Positions 1 through 9,873 of a stretch of DNA of 21,832 bases are shown here, piece by piece. The notes beneath the pieces were generated by a model that saw nothing but the letters and a program-made list of their open reading frames with translations, was not told the DNA's origin and ran no database searches. Position 1 is the first letter of the stretch; the number at the start of each line of letters is the position of its first letter. Source of the DNA: Ginkgo biloba (lineage: Eukaryota > Plantae > Ginkgophyta); the NCBI GenBank assembly GCA_024626585.2, contig JANKJI020000004.1, positions 129,915,089-129,936,920 of the forward strand, in the 5' to 3' direction. The position numbers and the translations under genes were made by a program.

Positions 1-278
1 TGACTACATTGTGTGTATATTTCGTGTATTCTACTGTAACTCTGCATTTTACATCATTTAGAGCAATATTTTAGTAGTGTAATCCGCACTTGTAGTGTTC
101 CTAGTCCACCAGCATAGTAGAAAAAAATTGGTAAAGTAAAAGCTTGGTCACCCAATAGGGCACAAGTAGTGGCACATTCTAAGTATAGAGGAAGAAAAAG
201 TCTATACTGGAAACACAAGTTCCAACACCTGAGAAAGACAATGCCATAACTGGATTCATCCTTGAAGATAGTATTAGG

Positions 279-670
279 ATGATAGAAATAACGGAAAAGG
301 AAGAAGAATTTTTGCAGGTTGGATATGTCTACAAAGTAGATAACGGTGAGTGGATGGCTCCCACTGTGATTGTCTGTAAAAACAATGGGACACTTCGTGT
401 TTGTGTTGATTACCAAGAGTTTAAGTTACTAAGAAAGATCCATTTCCATTACCATTCACGAAAGGCGTTTTAGAGAAAGTTGTTTGACATGAAGTATTTT
501 CCTGCACAGATGGGTTTAGTGTGTATAATTAAGTCAACATCTCGAAGGACCGACTTAACAATGTTTGCTGTGGAATAAGGGGCCTATGCCTACCGTGTCA
601 TGTTGTTTGGTCTCCTTAATGCTCCAACAAACTTCTACAGAGTTAGCCTAAATATCTTCAAGAAATTATG
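279..670 (+). pseudogene. Degenerate Ty3/gypsy reverse transcriptase, N-terminal part (non-chromovirus, Athila/Tat-like motif set)
   Basis: Manual translation across frameshifts and stops gives EFLQVGYVYKVDNGEWMAPTVIVCKNNGTLRVCVDY (to 413), KKDPFPLPF (431-457), LEKVV*HEVFSCTDGFSVYN*V and AYAYRVMLFGLLNAPTNFYR (~583-641). This matches the gypsy RT consensus W.SPIV.VPKK.G.LRVCVDYR.LN..T.KD.FPLPF...DGFSGYNQ...AY..MPFGL.NAPATFQR. It ends before the Y/LDD motif. Confidence 0.92.
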
Positions 671-1582
671 TCCCTAAACTAATGTATATGACAATGATTG
701 ATTATATTAATTATGTAAGAGAGAAGTGGTGGGTCCACGTTTGTAAGGGTAACCACAAATTAGGTGCAAAGTACAGGTAGGCTAGGATTTAGGTTAAGAA
801 GGTGCATTTTGAGTATATGAGGGCACTCAAGCCTCATTTATTACATATACTTGTGTGATTTGGAATCTTTGTGGAGCATTTTGCTCAATGGTGACTTTTG
901 GGCTTAGGTGAGACTTTTATGATATTGTGATCTATTTGGATTTGTGGTGTTGCTTATTTTTTATATGGTGCATTATTCGCATGTCTGCTTCTATATTTCT
1001 ACGTTTTATTATAGTTTATGTNNNNNNNNNNNNNNNNNNNNNNNNNNNNNNNNNNNNNNNNNNNNNNNNNTATTAGAGTTGAGTTCTTGATTCTCAAGGA
1101 AGAGCGACTAAAGTTTGTCAAAATTGCGGTTGAAGATGTTAGAATTTCATGGAAATGTTTGCATATTTTGGAATTTTCTAATCTAATTGAGCTACCAATT
1201 TTGAGGGAAAAAGAAATTAGTGATTGATTTCAAGTCTAGAAGCTCCGAGGAATTGCATCTTCAATTAACCTCAAATTCAACTTTTTTAGCACTGTTTTAG
1301 AGGGTTTCTGCAAAAATTGGAAGTTTCGTCAAAATTTNNNNNNNNNNNNNNNNNNNNNNNNNNNNNNNNNNNNNNNNNNNNNNNNNNNNNNNNNNNNNNN
1401 NNNNNNNNNNNNNNNNNNNNNNNNNNNNNNNNNNNNNAACAATTTTGATCGCAACCGTTTTGATCTTTGGGCATAGTAGCTACAGTTGCACCAGTTTTGA
1501 TCGTTGGTCATAATAGTTTCGGTCGTAAAAGTTTTGATTTCCAATTGTCAGTGTCAAATTACCAATTTGGATCTAAATTGTC

Positions 1583-1790
1583 TGTTAGTCAAACAATTGA
1601 TTAAGTAATTATTTTGTGATAAAGAGCCATGAATATGAATAAGAAGTAATGCATCTTTATGAAAGGGAACATCTCTTAAGCACCTCCATCTCTTGCAATG
1701 TATAAATATTGGTTGAAGGAAGTGTAATAATCATTAAATATTCATCAATTAATACAATTGAGTAATTTTATCTGGACTACAAGATTAACA
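1583..1790 (+). repeat. Candidate short solo LTR (~208 bp)
   Basis: Starts TGTTAG and ends TTAACA (inverted termini), with a TATA-like TATAAATA at 1701-1708. Flanks TTGTC/TTAGC match only 3/5, so no TSD is established. Confidence 0.3.
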
Positions 1791-1848
1791 TTAGCTATGG
1801 ATAACTGATATGATGGTGAGAGCATCGTAGTCATGATTCTCCACTATC

Positions 1849-2327
1849 TGTTGGGGATATTGATTGCATGATTTACTCGTGTATGCATCATGTATTTTAC
1901 TCTTTAACATGCATAATCGTTTGCTAAATTATTTGTATAGTTATTAGGAAACATTTATGAGGGCATCAAATTCATTAGATAAAGATACTATTGGAATAAT
2001 TAATCAAGGCATAATGAAAGGATTCTTTGAATAGTGTTCCACTTTGGCAGAAAAATCATGTCATTTGACTCTTTGGAGTGAGAAAAAGATTATAAATAGG
2101 AGAGGCAATGAGTGAATCAAGGGCTAGAGTTGAGTAGAAGTATAGGGCATCAAGTGTGAGAGACTTCTTGCTTTATACATTGTCCTTGTGACATGATAAT
2201 TGATATTGTATCGCATATCATGTGTGGCATCGTGTTGTTATGAACATTAATGATGTGTGTATATGAACTATCAATATGCATGCATAATTGGTTGAGTTTT
2301 TACCTATTTGCTAATGCAAATCTAACA
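1849..2327 (+). repeat. Candidate LTR (~480 bp)
   Basis: Starts TGTTGG and ends CTAACA. TATAAATAGG at 2091-2100 is followed by purine-rich then TG-rich sequence typical of R/U5. No TSD, PBS or PPT was found next to it. Confidence 0.4.
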
Positions 2328-2339
2328 CGCGGGACTTAA

Positions 2340-3990
2340 ATGTAGTAAACAAGAATATATTTATATATATATGAAGAAATATTTCTAACAACATCACCAT
2401 ACTATAGGAAGCACTTCACTCTACACACTAGGGGAAAAGAGAGGCAATGAAATTTATGTTGGACGCGAGTAATAATAAAATTGATTAAGTGTTCTATTAC
2501 TATTAATGGGAAGCTAGGATTTGAAGAAGTTACCTTAAGGTTGGTAGTTAATTGCAAATTAATAGTTAGAATAGCAAATGCTTATATATGTTACTTCATG
2601 AAGTATTTTCAACATTTAGAGGGGGTTCAAACAAGGCTGCCCTATCTTGACAACACTTTATATTTCAGTAAGTAATGGCCAACCATCTATTAAAAAGGAA
2701 AATAAAGGAAAGTTAAAAGCTATCGTGGTAGCAAGGAACTTTGACCCTATTAACCATCAATGATTCATAGATGACAAAAATCTTTTGGATTGGAAAGAAT
2801 AGACAAAGTAAGTGTTGTTGAATCTGTTTAGACTTATATCTAAGTGCCTCACAATGGAAGATAAATGCCGATAAAACAAACTTGTCATGTTAATACATCT
2901 CCATAGAAAGAAAAGAGGAAATGGCAAGCANNNNNNNNNNNNNNNNNNNNNNNNNNNNNNNNNNNNNNNNNNNNNNNNTCCCTTACGTGCAAGGAAATCA
3001 ACCTAAAAATAATCAGATTTCATCACAAGAAAACTGAAGAGATTAATAAATACTTGGTCTAATAATTAACCCGTGCTAGGAAGGAGAGTCACACTAATAA
3101 AAGTTGTCTCGAAGGTAATCATAGTATATTCATATAGTTGTTCAATGGCTTGAGGAATACACAAAACTATACCAAAAATTATAAGCAAATGTCTTTGGGA
3201 AGGTTCTTGAAGTGACCATGGAAGTCTAGGTTGGGAAGATGGGGGTATGCCATTAAACCAAAATAAATGGGGGGCTTAGGTGTATGTGAGCCAATGATAA
3301 TGAGTTTTGCATGTGGGGTTAAAAGAGTTTGGCTTCTTGAAAACAAAGAAAAGAGTTCTTGGAGTTATTTCATAAGGAGATATACTTAGTTGGAACAAGT
3401 GCAAACGAGCAACCTTACCCTTATATAAATTAATTACGTCTTCACTCTAGACAAGGAGGGATGGAATTTAGACNNNNNNNNNNNNNNNNNNNNNNNNNNN
3501 NNNNNNNNNNNNNNNNNNNNNNNNNNNNNNNNNNNNNNNNNNNNNNNNNNNNNNNNNNNNNNNNNNNNNNNNNNNNNNNNNNNNNNNNNNNNNNNNNNNN
3601 NNNNNNNNNNNNNNNNNNNNNNNNNNNNNNNNNNNNNNNNNNNNNNNNNNNNNNNNNNNNNNNNNNNNNNNNNNNNNNNNNNNNNNNNNNNNNNNNNNNN
3701 NNNNNNNNNNNNNNNNNNNNNNNNNNNNNNNNNNNNNNNNNNNNNNNNNNNNNNNNNNNNNNNNNNNNNNNNNNNNNNNNNNNNNNNNNNNNNNNNNNNN
3801 NNNNNNNNNNNNNNNNNNNNNNNNNNNNNNNNNNNNNNNNNNNNNNNNNNNNNNNNNNNNAAACAGAGTGAGGAGAAAAATCTATACCTTTCTATGGCTT
3901 GTGGCACTAAAAAAGGAGATTGGTGCTTGATGAAAGGAAAAATATAGGTTGGGAAAGACCCATCATGATTATTTTTTTTGAACCCATGAA
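2340..3990 (+). pseudogene. Degenerate L1-like LINE ORF2 (RT core and C-terminal region), copy 1
   Basis: Collinear motifs: *RNISNNITIL*EALHSTH*GKREAMKFMLD (from 2372; cf. GR.I.DNI....E..HS......M.LKLD), KLGF (~2511), QGCP (2632-2643), NHQ*FIDD (FIDD 2764-2775; cf. HLQFADD), DLYLSASQWKINADKT, GRRVTLIKVV, and WGGLGV...KRVWLL...SSW (3268-3362). There are many stops and frameshifts, and the segment after the 3474-3860 gap is more weakly supported. Confidence 0.88.
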
Positions 3991-4069
3991 AAGATATACG
4001 GTTTAACTTCTAGGATTATGAGATAGCTCAAAATGTGGTTGGTATGGTGCCCATATTTTGGGATAATGT

Positions 4070-4790
4070 ACAAGGAGTAGACTAGTTTGTTAATCATGGA
4101 GAAAACTAGAAAGGTTGCATGTTAGCCAATCCGCTCCTCAAATAGACATGGAGAATTAGTTCAAGAGAGATAATGTAGTGAGCATGGAACACAAGAAAGA
4201 ATATTTATATGACGAGAGTCCAAACAGACAATATAGTCAAGTTTGGGNNNNNNNNNNNNNNNNNNNNNNNNNNNNNNNNNNNNNNNNNNNNNNAACTTAC
4301 AAAGAGAGAAAGAAGTGAGCTCTCAAAAAATGAGATCAAAACTTTAGACTCGTTGAATAAAAATTGACTATTTTAAACCCCTAAACCTGGCCATGTGAAC
4401 ATAATTTTATGATGAATAACATTGACTTAGAGTTTAAAAAAATAGATTGGTTCCCAAATGATTCCATAGCTAGACGAGAGGGATTCTTAATAGAATGCAT
4501 AAGGTCATGAAGGATGTTATATTCACAAACTTACTAAAATAATCTCATAGGCTTTGTTTAAAGTCATAATCCATCCAACTATCAAGTCCACATGTGGCTT
4601 ACACCAAAAGATAATGAATCACATAATCCCTTTGCCTGGAGACCTGTAGAGTTATATAATGTGCCATATAAAATATTGACAAAAGTCATTGCCAAGTAGC
4701 CATTTCTCTTCAAAATGATTTGGAGGAGAATTGCATTACTCAAAGGTAGGAAAATTCAAGACACTATAATGTAAGAGGTTTTCGTTCTAC
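4070..4790 (+). pseudogene. Degenerate L1-like LINE ORF2 (linker and RT N-terminal domains), copy 2
   Basis: KKIDWFPNDSIARREGFLIE (cf. M...KAPGPDGF..EF), PKDNESHNPFAWRPVELYNVPYKILTKVIAK* (WRP at 4637-4645; cf. PK......YRPISLCNV.YKI.TKV.A.R) and KGRKIQDTIM (from 4742; cf. .GR.I.DNI). Confidence 0.85.
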
Positions 4791-4891
4791 AAAAAATGGG
4801 GACTTTCTAACAATTATATTCAAATAGCTTCACAAGTGATGTGGGAGCACCCTTGTAGCACTTCGATAACATACTTAGTTTTGCAAAGGGA

Positions 4892-4951
4892 TACCGACAT
4901 TGTTGGTGGCCGACATCGTTGGCGAAGGTAGCGATAGACCGACACCGACAT
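4892..4951 (+). repeat. Cluster of four CCGAC(A) motifs (DRE/CRT-like cores or transposon subterminal repeats)
   Basis: TACCGACAT 4892-4900, TGGCCGAC 4907-4914, ACCGAC 4938-4943 and ACCGAC 4944-4949. The motifs are directly visible, but their function is not established. Confidence 0.5.
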
Positions 4952-4969
4952 GATCTTTGGAACTCAAGG

Positions 4970-5284
4970 TTGCCCAATTAAAATAAAAGCTATGTTATGA
5001 ATATTAAGCGAAGAAACTATGTTGGAGGAGCTTCACCAACCACTCACCTACCCAAATCAATTTTGCAGAAGGACGGAGAGGGATTCACGCAAGAAATCTA
5101 GTGCTCATACACGAAACCATAAAGATTGCTTCTACTAGACGGATGAAGGAGATGGCGGAGGCATGGTTGAGGGAGTTGAGGCCATACCTAGATGACGAAT
5201 TCTTTGACAGTGCATTAACATGTTCACCAGCGGAGCTTTGGGGGAGATGAAGCTTCACGAAGAAGTTATCAAGGAGAATGAGCA
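4970..5284 (+). pseudogene. Possible third, highly diverged LINE RT fragment
   Basis: CPIKIKAML*ILS (cf. RPI.L.N..YKILS) is followed in another frame by QINFAEGRRGIHARNLVLIHETIKIASTRRMKEM (FAEGR at 5062-5076; cf. Q.AFV.GR.I.DN..L..E.IH....RK.KGM). Confidence 0.5.
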
Positions 5285-6939
5285 NNNNNNNNNNNNNNNN
5301 NNNNNNNNNNNNNNNNNNNNNNNNNNNNNNNNNNNNNNNNNNNNNNNNNNNNNNNNNNNNNNNNNNNNNNNNNNNNNNNNNNNNTGAAGCATGGACTTTA
5401 AGGAAGTAAAACATGGAAGGAAGGACAATGATTCTTATGTCATTAAATGATTTTATTCCAATCTAGCATTTCACACTATTGGTGGCTTTGAATGCCATTC
5501 TTAGAAGATTGCAAGGCTTTTATTTGAATACTTACGGGAGGACAAAATCCTAGAGGCAAATGATCTACTTTAGTGAAGGTTTTTCCAAATATACTAGTCT
5601 TTGACTCAAGGGCCTATTACAAACATCCAAAGTAGTTCCCAAAAGATTACTGCCCCCACCTTCTTTGGTAGTTGCTTGAGTCACATATACAACTCAAGAC
5701 ACTTGTTAGGATCAAAATAAGCATATATCTTTGCGTACTTTAGGTTATTGCAACCTTAAAAATCCTATTGAGACTGACTCTGCAAGCTTCCATACTCCGT
5801 TCTTACATGGAATCCACCCAACATAGCAGATAAATGCAACAATCCTTCTACTCAACATAGGTGAAGAAAGATATGATGTAGGAGTAGGGTGCCAATGAAA
5901 TATAGGTGTTTTGCAAGGTAATATATGGGACTTTGCTAGATGGTCCCCACCAAGATCTATTTAGGATGCCTCCCTCATACCATCCATAAGGTACTCCCAC
6001 ACACTTACATACCTCAAGTATGTTATTTGCTTTGACTTCTTAAGCTATGACATTAAACATCATAGTCAACATCTTGGTGTTTACCAAGTTTATGACGTTA
6101 TACATCATAATCCTATCTAGGACATTACACATCATGATGATTCCCCTATTTCAAAACATATTCATTATAGCTCCATCATGACATCAATCATTGTGATATC
6201 AGGGCCTTATCGAGTTTCATTTTTTCATAGACATATATCAACCTACCCAAAGGTCAACTTATGGTTGTACTTGTAACACACAACATTATCGGTCTCAACC
6301 TTGGCATCAAGCCTTATTGTTTTCAATTGCAATTAAATTGATCCACTCTATGGCATTTTTAGAAACAATGGATGCTTGTTTATATAAATTTATGGCTTCC
6401 ACGTGTGCTAATAATAAAACTAGTAGACTTTTTGCTTTCATTATTAGGGTCTTTCTAGCATGAAAGAACATGAAATAATGTAAATGGCCATAGCATCACT
6501 TAGTGGGTGTATGCTAGAAAAGAATATACACATAGCCTCATGAAACCCTACAGTTTGTAGGCATCTTTTCGAAGATTTATTGCATGCATACATTTGTTTG
6601 TGCTATCTTAACTTCATTATGCATGGTAAGAATAAGGACATCAATCCTCATTAACACGCATAACAAGCTATTAATTTATCACACACACTTGAGGTTTCAT
6701 TCATGCAAAATGAGTTCCTAGTCAAATCGTCATGCAAGCCAACACCTAGTCATCATTAATAGAAAAACACATGTAATCTATCCTATTAAAAAATGCACGA
6801 GAATAAGTTTGACTCACACACTATTTAAGGGTTTATGTTAAGAGTGATTTACCCTAAACCCTCTCAGAGACATTCCTAAACCCTTTAGTCAAAACCCTAA
6901 TAGAATTTGCCAATATCCAGGTAATAAGGCATATGGAAT

Positions 6940-7598
6940 TGTTTGTTTTCCAATCATGTATAGGTAAGAGCAGCAATATACAGGAAGAGAAAAATTGACT
7001 TATTCCATTGATTTGATATTCAAATGTACATGAGATGAATAAAAGACAACTCGGAAAGATAATTCCTATATGCAACTGACTTTGGGAAGTTGACATACTT
7101 TAANNNNNNNNNNNNNNNNNNNNNNNNNNNNNNNNNNNNNNNNNNNNNNNNNNNNNNNNNNNNNNNNNNNNNNNNNNNNNNNNNNNNNNNNNNNNNNNNN
7201 NNNGCAACTCTTTGCAGCTCACTTGCTTTTGAATAGAGATTCTCCAAGAAAATTTTCTTCCTCTATGTTTTTCTTCTATATTCAATAACCTTTAAAATTT
7301 TCCTTCATTCCATGTTTTGCTCTGATACCATGTTTGTTTTCCAATCATGTAAGAGCAACAATATACAGGAAGAGAAAAACTATGTCTTATTCCATTGATC
7401 TAATATTCGAATGTACATGAGATGAATAAGAGACAACCTAGAAAGATAATTCCTATATGCAACTGACTTTGGGTAGTTGACATACGTAACATTATTTATT
7501 GACAAACCTAAAATGCTAAATGGCTGATATAACTTAACATTGGCATCAACACTTTATTACTAACATTACACTAGAAAATAAACATTACTATTCTAATA
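6940..7598 (-). mobile_element. LTR retrotransposon (TRIM-sized as assembled) with two LTRs and a tRNA-iMet PBS, internal region interrupted by a 100-N gap
   Basis: Direct repeat 6940-7103 vs 7331-~7490, both starting TGTTTGTTTTCCAATCATGTA and sharing GAAAGATAATTCCTATATGCAACTGACTTTGGG, with a few substitutions and small indels. GCTCTGATACCA at 7319-7330 abuts the right LTR and is the reverse complement of TGGTATCAGAGC. A candidate TSD GGAAT lies at 6935-6939 and 7599-7603 if the right end is TTCTAATA (C>T of TTCTAACA). Confidence 0.85.
7319..7330 (-). other. Primer-binding site complementary to the 3' end of initiator tRNA-Met
   Basis: The minus strand reads ...AAACA|TGGTATCAGAGC, the canonical plant LTR-retrotransposon PBS immediately after the 5' LTR end CA. 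Confidence 0.92.
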
Positions 7599-8559
7599 GG
7601 AATTAACACTAAATCATATGAAGAAGTTTAAGGACAATAAGAAAAACAATTGCCCCTTACTAGGTGACAAATCTTATGCCATAGAATTACTTCATGAGCC
7701 ATAATTGCATTTCAAGCACCCATCACCATGCATATAAATTGGAAAAATAATAGGAATTACATCTATAGTGTAAGGGTTTAGATATTACCAAATATGGACA
7801 ATGAACATTTTACTAGTTGAAGTTGAAACATATGCTCCTTCTTTATATGCTTTTAGAAGTTGAACAAAAGCCTCTGTAGGGTAGAAAATTCACTACTATG
7901 CCTTAATGCTTGATAGAGAATGAAAAGAGACGATAATGAAGATCCTCTTGAGATTGGTGTTTTAAATGAGCCTTAGGAATGCCTANNNNNNNNNNNNNNN
8001 NNNNNNNNNNNNNNNNNNNNNNNNNNNNNNNNNNNNNNNNNNNNNNNNNNNNNNNNNNNNNNNNCATCTCAAAGCTTAAGGGTGGAAAAATTGTGTAATG
8101 AAAATGGTCCGATAGTTGATCAAACTTCAAATGGTCATAACTTTCCTATCTGACATCCCCTTGGGGTTACAAGGGAAAGGATGAGCTCTACCTTCTGGAC
8201 ATGCAGAATAAAGCTAGAAATGTCATTTGCAATCCCACTTGGGTTGTTTTAGCAAATTAACTTCAAAATTGCTANNNNNNNNNNNNNNNNNNNNNNNNNN
8301 NNNNNNNNNNNNNNNNNNNNNNNNNNNNNNNNNNNNNNNNNNNNNNNNNNNNNNTTCTTGTGAATTTGTTGTTACCTTTAGAATTCAAGAAATCACAACA
8401 TCACAAATAACTTGACAACATGATGCAAATTACTCTACCATACAAATGTGCATGAACAATATGAGGATTTACCTCAACCCTTCTACCTCCTTTCCTGTAG
8501 CCTCACCTTCTTTTTTTGAAACTAGGATGTCTTGATGTTGTCCCTGTGTATTGAAAGAG

Positions 8560-9290
8560 GTTTGTATGATGAACCGACTAATCCCCCGCCCTTATTGGAG
8601 TGCGGCAATTAGCAACCCACATGGTGAGGGGAAGATGGTTTGGTACATTGTCAAGTATACACCTTTGTGAGAATGGTGGATAGAATGGCCAAATAGGCAT
8701 CCTGTGCAAGCCACACTAAAAAAAGTAGTTGTGGGCCGATGTGTTATAGTTCTAGTCCTAGCAAAAAATGTAGCATTTCTAGAAGAAGCCTTGGCTAGCT
8801 ATGACACAAATAAGTAGGGGGTTATGTTATATGGGCAACGAGTTACATTGGAAGAGACAAATTTTGGTTATTGGCATTGCCAAATGGAGGAGACCTAGTA
8901 AATTCGTTTGAGTTTTTATAATACAGCTTGAAGCTTCTCTTACAAACTAGGCTAGGACTTCCATTGCCAATGAATTTGTCAATGGGATAGTGGTGCCAAA
9001 TTCAGTGATCGAGGATTGAAATTGGAATCATTAAAAAGCAATGTGTATTGCTTATTGGCTACTCTTATTTGTTGTTGACTTGCTAGGGATCAATGATGTA
9101 ATGACTTCTCTTTTTGAAATGACACCTTATTTGAAGGTGTAATGGTGGGAAAAGTTTATGATTGGTCTACATACTTGTCTAACCTCATGAATCAGTGTTT
9201 GGACAAGTTGGTAGTAGGGCATCAAGTAGGATCTAATACAACCCAACAAACTACTGCAAATTTAACATTGAAAGGTGGGCCAAAGTAAGT
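8560..9290 (+). pseudogene. Degenerate retrotransposon accessory ORF (plant-transposon-protein/PMD-like), copy 1
   Basis: Fragments FLEEALASYDTNK*GVMLYGQRVTLEE, LPNGGDLV and LLATLICC*LARDQ*CNDFSF*NDTLFEGVMVGKVYDWSTYLSNLMNQCLDKL. The closing G..[FY][DN]W......N/L pattern recalls extra ORFs carried by plant gypsy elements. The family assignment is from memory and not verified by search. Confidence 0.5.
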
Positions 9291-9620
9291 CATGAAAGAC
9301 ATGTTAAAATTAGCCTTGGAAGGCATGCATAAGCCTAAGTTATTACTAATTTTGGATATGATGATGAAACCTCATGGTGAGGCAATAAAGAGAGAAACTA
9401 GTGAGAAGAAAAGCAATAAAGGGTTTTCAACCTAGGGTGCTTCCTTGAGAGTGACAACATCATTTTAACCCTTGTAGGACGTCTTAGAGACAGAGCTACA
9501 TCAAGGGTGAAGTTGAGTCTTTCTATGGGGGTTTGGCCCAACTCTTTTCCCACAAATCTAGTCATGCTAAGGACTTAGGGCATCTTTGTTTTGCATTCTT
9601 CTGAGATTTTAGCTAGGGTG

Positions 9621-9858
9621 AATTTAGTCTTGAGGCTTTTCAATCTTATTCTGGATTTTATTAAGGGTGTTACACCTTAGCATAGAATTATGCACTGTGG
9701 AAAACATTAATTGCATCCAAAAGGTTTGTGCGTTGAAGGAATCCTCCAATTCAGAGTGTTACAGAAAGGTAGGGAAAATTCTTTTAGGCATCTTGGCCAA
9801 ATAGAGGCATCATTCTGGACACCATGAATCCTCCAGAAGGTGATACAAGATTTTATAT
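9621..9858 (+). repeat. Diverged ~240-bp direct repeat, copy A (probably LTR-derived)
   Basis: Shares AATTTAGTCTTGAGGCTTTTC exactly with 10421-10441 and collinear blocks with 10421-10668: CTAAGGG/TTAAGGG, AATTATG, AGAGTGTT, AATTCTTTT.GGCAT, AGAGGCATC.TTC..GACAC, TCCTC.AGAAGGTGA.AC. Confidence 0.85.
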
Positions 9859-9873
9859 GAAGATGATTATAAG

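Noticed and set aside
54-416. 120-aa minus-strand ORF
   Set aside because: It largely overlaps the plus-strand gypsy RT remnant as an antisense shadow and has no recognisable motifs.
715-1021. Possible LTR starting TGTAAG with TATATGAGGG
   Set aside because: The composition is LTR-like, but no end, partner copy, PBS or TSD is visible before the gap.
6850-6900. CCCTAAA/AAACCCTAA motifs (also ~10965-11125) as interstitial telomere or functional telo-boxes
   Set aside because: They are isolated, non-tandem copies in LTR-like sequence, where such motifs are common.
7319-7330. tRNA gene
   Set aside because: There is only the 12-nt PBS complement, with no cloverleaf or A/B boxes.
7903-7985. EDLHYRLFSFSIKH on the minus strand resembling gag RLFPFSL
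   Set aside because: It is a single short motif next to a gap with no convincing continuation, too weak to call.
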